From: a virus
Strand: one strand, 5' to 3'
IMG/VR virus record: IMGVR_UViG_3300044712_001034
Span: 30,080-94,079 of that record
Length of the DNA stretch: 64,000 nucleotides
The notes below the pieces were generated by a model, which saw nothing but the letters and a program-made list of their open reading frames with translations, did no database searches and was not told the origin of the DNA. This document shows, piece by piece, positions 37,345-46,400 of the stretch. The first letter of the stretch is position 1. Every line of letters begins with the position of its first letter. The position numbers and the translations under genes were made by a program.

Positions 37345-38514
37345 ATGAAAAGGATAAAATTATTAGTTTGGGCTGACCAAGTTGTTGAAACTGGGTTTGC
37401 TAGAGTAGCACACTCTATTGTAAAGTACTTACCTAGAAATTATGATGTAGTTGCAATAGGTGTAAATTACTATGGTGATCCACATAACTATCCATATAAG
37501 ATCTATCCCGCTTCAACAAACGGGGATATATATGGAATAAAAAGAGTGGAAGACATTGTAAAGCACGAGCAACCAGATGTTATATTTATTATAAACGATG
37601 CTTGGATACAACAGCCTATGCTAGATAAGCTAAAGGAGATTTATAAAGATAAAGAGCTTCCTAGAATAGTTACTTATACTCCCGTTGATGCTGCTGAACA
37701 TGACAGCGATTGGTACAAACCTTTTGATGTTGTATCAGTTCCAGTAGCTTATACAGAATTTGGTAAGCGGGAAATGATAAAGGCAAGCCCACAATTAGAG
37801 GATAGAATAAAAATTGTTCCTCATGGTATAGATCAAAAAGTTTTCTTTAAAGTTTCTAGACCTAAAGAAGATCTAAAAAGAATGATCTATCCAGATAAAG
37901 ATGAATTTATTAATAGCTTTATAGTCCTTTCTGCTAGTCGTAATCAACCTCGTAAACGATTAGATATTGCTATGGAAGGTTTTAAAATGTTTGCAGAAAA
38001 TAAACCTGCAAATGTTAAAATTTATATGCATTGTGGAGTAGTTGATTCTGCAATTAATATTCCAAAGATGGCACAAAGATTAGCTATTGGTGGAAGATTG
38101 TTACTCACAAGTTTAACTACTGGCGTTCAAAGAATTCCAGCAGAAAGATTAAATCTAATTTATAATGCTACAGATGTAGGAATTAATACTGGTGTAGGAG
38201 AGGGTTTTAGCCTAACAAATATTGAGCACGCTATTACTGGTGCTCCACAGGTTGTTGCAGATCATAGTGCTTTACAAGAGCTTTACTATGATTGTGGCTT
38301 GCTTATCCCAACAAAGATGAACTACACCCTAGATAATATTATGACTGTGGGGAAATTAGTAAGACCAGAAGACGTAGCAGAAAAACTAGAATTACTCTAC
38401 AACAACAAAGATTTATATAATACTTTAGCTGAACAAGGTCTAAAGAAGTTCTCTTCACCAGAATATTCTTGGCAAGAGATTTCTAAAACTTGGGCAGAAA
38501 TTTTTGAGGGATAA
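37345..38514 (+). CDS. GT4 (GT-B) glycosyltransferase in neck module
   Basis: TGFARV, PHGID, RNQPRKR, YNATD, GEGFSLTNIE (Ex7E). Confidence 0.9.
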   Translation: MKRIKLLVWADQVVETGFARVAHSIVKYLPRNYDVVAIGVNYYGDPHNYPYKIYPASTNGDIYGIKRVEDIVKHEQPDVIFIINDAWIQQPMLDKLKEIYKDKELPRIVTYTPVDAAEHDSDWYKPFDVVSVPVAYTEFGKREMIKASPQLEDRIKIVPHGIDQKVFFKVSRPKEDLKRMIYPDKDEFINSFIVLSASRNQPRKRLDIAMEGFKMFAENKPANVKIYMHCGVVDSAINIPKMAQRLAIGGRLLLTSLTTGVQRIPAERLNLIYNATDVGINTGVGEGFSLTNIEHAITGAPQVVADHSALQELYYDCGLLIPTKMNYTLDNIMTVGKLVRPEDVAEKLELLYNNKDLYNTLAEQGLKKFSSPEYSWQEISKTWAEIFEG

Positions 38515-38517
38515 TAA

Positions 38518-38946
38518 ATGATTATTACATTCCCTGAAACTCGTGAAGTTATAGATGCTATTAGATCAGGTATTGGCAGGGAAGTAATTTTCTACGAACA
38601 GCATAAAACTACTTGTTCTGCTTGTAGCATAGATCCTATAACTGATACATCTACAAACTCCTTCTGTATCGTTTGTAGTGGAGAAGGGTATATTTATACT
38701 ATGTCAGGTACTACAATGCTAGCACATATTACCCACGCACAAGATGAAGTTCTAAATTGGCAAACTGGTGGTAAGCTAGTAGATGGAGATTGTAGAATAC
38801 AAATCAACTATACTTTAGCCAATCTAAACTTAGTAAAGAATACTAACTATGTTTGGGTTGATAATGAAAATTATGACGTAAGGAAAATAATTTTACGAGG
38901 GGTTAAGGAGCTAAATCGAATACTCGTAGACCTAATCCGTAAGTAA
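38518..38946 (+). CDS. head closure/stopper-like protein
   Basis: CxxC..CxxCxGxG plus beta-barrel-like C-half; position. Confidence 0.55.
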   Translation: MIITFPETREVIDAIRSGIGREVIFYEQHKTTCSACSIDPITDTSTNSFCIVCSGEGYIYTMSGTTMLAHITHAQDEVLNWQTGGKLVDGDCRIQINYTLANLNLVKNTNYVWVDNENYDVRKIILRGVKELNRILVDLIRK

Positions 38947-38960
38947 GGAAAGGATATAAA

Positions 38961-39191
38961 ATGGAAGAATTCAAAATAATTCAAAGGGTCGAAACAATTG
39001 ACCTTATTGATTTTATTAATAGAAAAAAGAAACTACACCAAAGACTTTTACTAAGTGAGTTAGAAAACATTCTTGATACTGGTTCTGATGATTATAAACT
39101 AATTAGAAAAATTGTATTGGACCATACCAATGAGTTTTCTCGTTCTGTAGTAAGAACAATTTTTGGAGATGATTTCGAGGGTTCTAAGTAA
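38961..39191 (+). CDS. hypothetical protein
   Basis: 76 aa, SD GAAAGGA. Confidence 0.65.
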   Translation: MEEFKIIQRVETIDLIDFINRKKKLHQRLLLSELENILDTGSDDYKLIRKIVLDHTNEFSRSVVRTIFGDDFEGSK

Positions 39192-40312
39192 TGAATCGTC
39201 AAGAGTATATAGAAGAAATTAATAGGCAAATACGCTATTTGAAAAATAAAGAAAAAGCTCTTCTATATATTCAAGAAAAGAAAGAAGAGCTAGTTAGGGC
39301 GGTAGAAAAAGCAGAGGCAGCACTAGATACAGTAAACCAACCAAAAGAAGTTGCTATGAATTCTGTTATGCAACAGGCACAACAAATTCTTATTCGTAAT
39401 GGAATGAATGCCATAAAAGGAACAGAATTTGATTTTGGTGGTAAAGAAGGAATATACTTTGATAGAGATTTCATGGATGCTCTAAGAGATCCTAGAGCTA
39501 TTATTATTGAGTATAAACCTGATAGTAATACAGTAAATGTTAAAATAGATATGGATGAAGTCGCTGGAAACTTAGCGTTATATGCTGTTGCTGTATCGGA
39601 CGCAAGAGAATCTAATAACGTAAAAGGAACAGCAGATCCAGCACTACTATCTCTGTTTTGGCGAGAAAAATATTACAGAGTAGCCAGAGAGTTTACAGCA
39701 ATTCCACCCCCGAAAAGACACGGGCATCTTACAGATAAAACTAAAAAGAAAAAGAAACCAAGAGAATATGACTTAGAAAAGTATAGAGCTAAGTATTGGA
39801 AAACAATTAGAGATAGACAAAGTTCTTTTACTGGCGCTAAAGCTCCTTGGTGGTCGATTCTAAATTATGGTGTAGCCTCTCCTAAAGTTAGGGGAGTTAT
39901 GAAGGGTGAAGGAACTCCTTACCCTATGACCAGAGCTACTTATTTTGTTGAGCACTCGATAAGAGAAATAAAAGCTCTTTTTAATGAAACTTATACAAGC
40001 TCTGCTACGCAATTGAATGAGCTACGTGCCCAAAGGAAAGATGCACTAAAAGGTTTAGAATATTTAGCTTCCGTAGAACAAAGACTAAGAGTAATGCCTA
40101 AAGATATTTCTGATAGGCCGAATGAAGAACTAGTGGTAGATATGATAAAAGCACAGCTTGGCAGCCGCTTACAGAACGCTTCACTAGAAAGAATTCAATT
40201 ACTGGCAAGTCAACTTCTTGCGAATACAGCTCCTACAAGAGCCAGGGTAGGGCAGCCCGGTAAAAATGTGGAGATCAGAATTAAAGATATACAAAGACGT
40301 TTAAATAGATAA
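39191..40312 (+). CDS. basic neck/tail-completion-like protein
   Basis: 373 aa, APWWSILNYG motif; position before tail terminator. Confidence 0.45.
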   Translation: MNRQEYIEEINRQIRYLKNKEKALLYIQEKKEELVRAVEKAEAALDTVNQPKEVAMNSVMQQAQQILIRNGMNAIKGTEFDFGGKEGIYFDRDFMDALRDPRAIIIEYKPDSNTVNVKIDMDEVAGNLALYAVAVSDARESNNVKGTADPALLSLFWREKYYRVAREFTAIPPPKRHGHLTDKTKKKKKPREYDLEKYRAKYWKTIRDRQSSFTGAKAPWWSILNYGVASPKVRGVMKGEGTPYPMTRATYFVEHSIREIKALFNETYTSSATQLNELRAQRKDALKGLEYLASVEQRLRVMPKDISDRPNEELVVDMIKAQLGSRLQNASLERIQLLASQLLANTAPTRARVGQPGKNVEIRIKDIQRRLNR

Positions 40313-40326
40313 AGGAGGGTATCAAC

Positions 40327-40779
40327 ATATATCCAGAAAGATTAGAAGACTTATCAGTCGTTTATTGGCTGAAAGATAAATTTAGTTCATACAATTTCGT
40401 CACGATAGTTGATGCTTTTCCAGAAGATGATCTAGTCTTACCAACTATTTCGGTGGAGTGGGACACCATCACGGGTCTTCAAGGAGAACTTGGAAACAGA
40501 AAAACCGTAAAAGAAAGAGTTTGGTATATTGATGTCTTTGCGAAAAACAAAGCACAAAGAGACGAATTTGCATATAAAATCTATAATGATTTAGATGATG
40601 GCATCGTAATTTACAATTATAACGAAGGATTTCCAGAGCAGGGAGCCTCGCCAAGTAAATTAGGTAGCCTAATAGCGATAGAAAGAAAAATTCAAAACGT
40701 AAAGATTCTACCAGAATTGGTAGACGAGCTTTATTATCGAGCAGTTATTATTTTCACAACTGTAACCGATAAATTTTAG
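40327..40779 (+). CDS. tail terminator-like protein, apparent ATA start
   Basis: Frame open from 40309; SD AAGGAGG 8 nt before ATA; LPTISV, WYIDVFA..RD motifs. Confidence 0.65.
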   Translation: MYPERLEDLSVVYWLKDKFSSYNFVTIVDAFPEDDLVLPTISVEWDTITGLQGELGNRKTVKERVWYIDVFAKNKAQRDEFAYKIYNDLDDGIVIYNYNEGFPEQGASPSKLGSLIAIERKIQNVKILPELVDELYYRAVIIFTTVTDKF

Positions 40780-40798
40780 GAGATAATAAAGATACAAA

Positions 40799-41998
40799 AT
40801 GGCAAAGCGATTAAGCATTCCCTCGAAAGAGTTACAATTAGTCATTGTTGGTCCTAAAGATTATTTCAAAGCTTCAAGAGTTCAGAGATTATCTATTAAC
40901 ACAGATGTTCCTAGCACAACCATTGATGAGATTGGTTCAGCCTCTCACGCTGGTGAAGCGAAAGACCAAGCTAGTGTTACACTTACTTTCTCAGCTTTTG
41001 ATGTTAGTACAAAGATCTTTTCGGTACTAACTGGGACAAGCCTAACAGACGCTTATCCTGCCGCTGGTGTTGACATTGGCGAGTTTGGCGAAATTGATGC
41101 TATTATTTATACAAAGAGTGATAGTGTATCTGACTATTCAAAATCTATTCATGGTAAACGTCTTGCAGTTAGAGACTTCTCCTACAGCTATTCAGTTGAT
41201 GGTGAAGCTACTGAAGATTATACCTGCGTAGGTAGCGAAAAGCGTTTATTTGCATACGATGTTGTTGTAGACAAGTTTACTACAGGTACTACATCATTTA
41301 CTCTTACCCAAACCCCCATTCAGCTAAAGAACGGTAATAACGCTTTATCCGTTATTCTTGATGGTGGGTATCTAACCGAAGTTACTGGTGTTCCTGCTAC
41401 TGGTCAATATAGACTAGTTGGTACTACACTTACTACTGGTGATTCCAGAACTTCACAAGTTTTAGTTGTTTATCACGCTAATCCAGCAGGAACTAACTGG
41501 TCAGATGTTAGTGATCCAGTTCTTCCAGCAGCTATTCGTGGTAGAGACGTAAAAATCCAGCTAGCAGCCAACTCTATTTCCAGAGTCCAGAATGTTACTA
41601 TCAATGGTAGCATGAACTCCACAGCAGTTAGAGAACTTGGTAGCAGAGGTGTTGTAGGTTATCAAACTCAGGTTCCAACAATTGAAGGAACTATTACAGT
41701 ACTAGATACTGATACTGAGCTAGTAAACTTATTCACTAATGGTACTACATCTACTTCTGGTGTTGTTGAATGGGCGCCTGGTGAAGGTTGTACCACAAGC
41801 GGTATTTCTCTCTCCATTCAGCTATTAGATCCCTGTGACGAATCTTCCCCCTACACCGTTCTAAAAGAGATTTATCTTGATGACATCGTTGTAGTTGGTG
41901 ATGCAACTTCTGTTAATGTTAACGGCGACGTTCAACTTAGCATGAACTGGAAATCACAAACAGCACACTTAGTTGTTTACAGCGGAGCTAAACCATAG
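40799..41998 (+). CDS. major tail tube protein
   Basis: 399 aa, two tube-like beta domains (DEIG / RELG); precedes chaperones and tape measure. Confidence 0.75.
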   Translation: MAKRLSIPSKELQLVIVGPKDYFKASRVQRLSINTDVPSTTIDEIGSASHAGEAKDQASVTLTFSAFDVSTKIFSVLTGTSLTDAYPAAGVDIGEFGEIDAIIYTKSDSVSDYSKSIHGKRLAVRDFSYSYSVDGEATEDYTCVGSEKRLFAYDVVVDKFTTGTTSFTLTQTPIQLKNGNNALSVILDGGYLTEVTGVPATGQYRLVGTTLTTGDSRTSQVLVVYHANPAGTNWSDVSDPVLPAAIRGRDVKIQLAANSISRVQNVTINGSMNSTAVRELGSRGVVGYQTQVPTIEGTITVLDTDTELVNLFTNGTTSTSGVVEWAPGEGCTTSGISLSIQLLDPCDESSPYTVLKEIYLDDIVVVGDATSVNVNGDVQLSMNWKSQTAHLVVYSGAKP

Positions 41999-42018
41999 TT
42001 TATTTATAGGGTGTAAGC

Positions 42019-42345
42019 GTGCACAATAGTGATGCGGAAATGTTCATAAGAAGTAATTACGCAGAGTTTCTTACTCTGCAAGCGGTAGAAAGAATAGAAG
42101 CTATAGTTACTCAGATACAGGAGAAACAAAATCAAATGGCAATTCAATTTGATAATTTAGTAAGAGAAGTTTCAGAAATGGCTACTGTCGTAGACTCAGC
42201 CATAGTTCTTATCCAAAATCTAAGAGACGAGTTAATTCAAATCCAGCAACAAATGGTTGATCCAGAACTTCTTCAACCCCTAGTAGATTCATTAGACGCA
42301 AAAGGAACAGAATTAGCTGCCGCAGTTGCTAGCACTCCCGAATAA
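42019..42345 (+). CDS. small coiled-coil protein
   Basis: TVVDSAIVLIQ...LAAAVASTP; start uncertain. Confidence 0.6.
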   Translation: MHNSDAEMFIRSNYAEFLTLQAVERIEAIVTQIQEKQNQMAIQFDNLVREVSEMATVVDSAIVLIQNLRDELIQIQQQMVDPELLQPLVDSLDAKGTELAAAVASTPE

Positions 42346-42393
42346 TAAAACTTAATAGTATTGGGCTTTGAATAAAGGATTGTTGTAAAATGG

Positions 42394-42435
42394 TACGCCG
42401 AGAATCATAAAACAATTCTCGGCGTATTTAATTTA
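42394..42435 (+). terminator. hairpin/terminator before tail chaperone
   Basis: TACGCCGAGAAT/ATTCTCGGCGTA stem then TTTAATTT. Confidence 0.65.
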
Positions 42436-42455
42436 AATTGAAAGGAAAAAAGGAT

Positions 42456-43187
42456 ATGCTTCCAGAGAAAAATGACGTTGATGTTTCCCGCTTATTTCAT
42501 TGGGGAAGTAAGTTTGCTATCTTTGATAGCTACGGAAAAGAAATAGAAAATATTTATATTAGATTAGTTGGTGACGCAGAGATTAATCGTTCAAGAGTTT
42601 TCGCAATTAGAAAAAGCGCAGATTTACGAAAGCTATTAAAGACTGAAGATACAGACGAGAGGATCGCTTTCGTTTCTTCTATCTATGATTTGGACGATAA
42701 AAGTGACGTTATAAACTACATTCTTCTTTTATCAACCAAGAAGTTTACACAAGATGTTATGCGAGATGTAGATCTTCCTATGCCAAAGGAACCTAAATCA
42801 ACAGCAGACTTGGAGGATTTTGAAGAGTATCAGAAAGCGGTAGATAACTATTCCGAAAGAAGAATGCAGAGGATTAATGATGAAGTTCTAAAACTAATAG
42901 AGAGCTATAGATTAGAACTACTAGAAAAACCAATAGAACAACTAAAGAAACTATACGAAAGAAATATGATTGATGAACTTTGTGAAAAAGAAATGGTTAC
43001 AAAGTTTAGAGATATGTGTGTTTACTTTGGTTGTTATAAAGATGATAAATTTAAAGAAAGGTATTTCACGAACTTTGATGAGTTTGATAATCTTCCTAGC
43101 GAGATTAAAGAACAACTTATCAATTATTACGGTTCGTTAGAAATTAATGTGGAAGAACTAAAAAAATTGCTAGAAGCAACGCAGTAG
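42456..43187 (+). CDS. tail assembly chaperone (gpG-like)
   Basis: Position; ends at slippery site A AAA AAA. Confidence 0.75.
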   Translation: MLPEKNDVDVSRLFHWGSKFAIFDSYGKEIENIYIRLVGDAEINRSRVFAIRKSADLRKLLKTEDTDERIAFVSSIYDLDDKSDVINYILLLSTKKFTQDVMRDVDLPMPKEPKSTADLEDFEEYQKAVDNYSERRMQRINDEVLKLIESYRLELLEKPIEQLKKLYERNMIDELCEKEMVTKFRDMCVYFGCYKDDKFKERYFTNFDEFDNLPSEIKEQLINYYGSLEINVEELKKLLEATQ

Positions 43188-43459
43188 TATCAATGTGGGA
43201 AATGGCAAAGGCGTTGCGAGAACCTCTTGACACTAATATCAAACAGTTGCCAGATATTCCCTACACAATTTCCTTTGTAATAAGAAAAAGATCCCAAGTA
43301 GATAATTTTAATGAGCTTCCTAAAGAAAAGCGTCCACCAGATAAAATGATTTGGGATAGTCCACCGGAAGATATTGAAAGCTGGTTGGATAGAATATTCA
43401 AAGGAAAAGAACAGTTAAACTCAGAGATTGTATTCTCCGACTCAGAGATAGAAGGATGA
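43160..43459 (+). CDS. tail assembly chaperone gpT-like part, reached by -1 frameshift
   Basis: -1 frame IARSNAVVS runs into the 43193..43459 ORF. Confidence 0.8.
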   Translation, partial: KKIARSNAVVSMWEMAKALREPLDTNIKQLPDIPYTISFVIRKRSQVDNFNELPKEKRPPDKMIWDSPPEDIESWLDRIFKGKEQLNSEIVFSDSEIEG

Positions 43460-46400
43460 ACAATAACGAACAATTAATCGAACAAATTAAAATAATTATT
43501 GAGGGATTGACTAAAGAGCAAGCTAAGCTAAATCAAAGCTCTGATGCCTATAAAGACATTAGTAATGCTGTGCTTGCTTTTAGCAATTCTTTAACGATAC
43601 TCAATGGTCAGATAGCTTTATCTGATAAGCAGTTATCTAACTTTGCTTCTAAAATGCAAGCCGTTCTATCCGGGCAAAAGACAAGATTTACAGCCCTTGG
43701 GGTCGAGGCAAGAACAAGTAAATTAGCCCCAATTATAAAGGGGTCTGCTTTAGAGTATGCTTCTAGACTTACTGCGAAGGATTTACAATTACAAACTGCT
43801 ACAGTAAAGTCTTCTCCAACTCAGGATGACAAGCTAGCCGAAAAAGCGGAGAAATCTGCCGCTAGATTAGACATAGCTACAAATAGAATGCAGACAGCGT
43901 TGAACAAATTCAATACTGTCCAAAAAAGATATTTAGAAGCTTTAGATAAACTAAAAGGATTAGAAGGTAGAGCAGGTGTATTAGGAACACCTGAACAAAA
44001 ATCTCCCGATGTTATCAAGGGGATTACCTTTGATATTGATAGTGTAAAAGATAATCCAACTAAACTAACAGTATTAACTTCTGAAATTAGAAAAGAAACT
44101 GCTAGTTTAAATGATGCTACTCTTGAAGCAGAAAGAGCTATTAGAGATTTTGAAAAGCGTATCTCTAATGCCGATAAAAGCAGACCTAAGATAGATTCTG
44201 CTGAAAAAGCTAATGCAGATACAATTAGTAAAATATCTGCTCTTAAAAAGGAGATGGAGGATTTAGGAGATGCCAGGTCTGCTCAATGGATGGAGCAGAA
44301 TATGGGAAACAGACCAGTAAGAACTCCCGGAATGGGAGATTCTGATTGGCTAAGGTTAATTCAAGAAGACACTAAAAGGTTAGAAGCTTTCTATCAAGCT
44401 CAACTAAAGATAGTAGAAGAATATAAAGCTAAGATAAAAGCTGCTGCAAGTCAAGCTAGTCAAGGAGCTACAGGTACTTTTAGTGGAACTGGAACTACCG
44501 TTAAAGAGGGAGATGTTCCACAAGGTAAAACAACAGTAGATAAGAAAGCAGAAAAATTAAAGAAAGCTACAGAATCTTTAAACGAAGCGATTGATAAAAA
44601 CTTAGAAGTACAGAAAAAGTACCAAAAAGTTATTCAAATGCTTTATGATTTGGATATGAAATATGGGCCAAGATCAGAGGGAAAGCCTTCACCCTATCCT
44701 GCTCCAACTCCTATAGAAACGCCGGAAATGCTAAAAGCTGGCGTAAACTTTAGCGACGCAGAAAGCATTAAACAAAGAGCCGAGCAAGTAAAAAAAGGTG
44801 GTGCAGCTTATAAAACTGCTACTAATGATGCTATTAGAAACATTAGAGAGTTTCAGCAAAAACTACAAGAACTTGATAAACTCAAGGCTATGCAGAACAT
44901 CGGGAGTTACATTCCCGGAGGTGCTGGCGCTGCAAGAATATTAGATGAAAAAGCTGCCAAACTAGATCCTAACTTTACAAGAGATAAGATCAAGAGTGTT
45001 AGCACAGAACCATCTTCTAATATTACAAAAGTTAGATATGAGTATCAAGCCGCTGAAGGCGTAATAAAATCTACTACCTTTACAGTAGATAAGTTTGGTA
45101 GAGTTCTTGTAGATACTCAAAGAAGATTTAGAGGGTTCTTTGAGAATGTTGGTAGAGATATATTAGAAGCTCTAAAGTGGTCTATTGCTATCGCCGCTGT
45201 TTATGGCCCTCTAAACGCACTAAATCAATTAGTAGACATAGCGATAAAGAACCAATCAGCATTAGCAGACGTAGCTATCGCATTAGGTAATGCTACGCAA
45301 TCAACGGGAGAAATCTTCCAAGCTACTGCTGATATTGCTGCTCAAACTGGTGAGGAACTATCTGGCGTTGTTGAAGCATACAACCTAGCTTATAAGGCTA
45401 CTGGTAGTATGGAAGATGCAACTACTAGATTTGCTGTAGCAAACAAGCTACTAACTGATGCAATTGTATTATCTAAGTTATCCACTCTAGACCAAGCAGA
45501 ATCAATTGATGTACTTACTGCTGCTCTCAGACAAACAAATACGCCATTAGATCAAGGAACTACTTTACTTGATAAGTGGGTAGCTGTTACTAAGGTAGCT
45601 GGTGTTGATCTTACTACACTAGCTTTAGGCTTCTCCGTCTTAGGTGAGGCCGCTGATGCAGTTGGTTTATCAATGGAAGAACTTAATGCAGTAATCGCTA
45701 TTATTGCAGAAGGTTCAGCACAGTCGGGTAAAGAAATTGCAAATAGAGCTAGAGCTTTAGTGGCGGGTTTCCAATCAGACGGTGCAAGACAAGAAATGGC
45801 TAAGCTAGGTATTTCCTTTATTGATGGTGAAGGAAAAGCTAGAAGTTTCTTAGATATTATGAAAGAGATTTCAGCCCTAAGCAAGACAGGGGTTATTAAT
45901 CCAGATCAGCTTAGTAAGCTAACTTTAGCTATTGGTGGTGGATCTAGAGGATCAGCTACAGCCATTAGCTTTATTGAGAACTTAGGTAAAATAGACAAGC
46001 TCGTAGCTGCTCAAAATAACTCACAAGGAGCTGCTGCTCAGGCTTTAGGAAAGAAACTAAATACAGTAGAAACTGCTACAACTCGTTTAGGTAATGCTTT
46101 TCAAGAGCTAGCCCAAGCTTTAGGAGATAAAGGTGGGATTCTTGATGCCTTTAAAGTTGGTGTTGATTTAGTAACATTACTTACTAAATCTATTGCAGAC
46201 TTAGCAGATGTAGCAGGTAGAGCAGGTCCAGCATTAATAGGAACATTAGGTGCTGCTACTCTATTCTCTAGGCGACCGGATTTATTAAATGGTGGGGCGG
46301 GTTATCAGGTAGGCCAGATGGGAGGCATAAACGCTTCCGTAAACGCTTTCGGACAACGCACCGGAGCTTCTTTATATAACACATTTAATAAAAACAAGGC

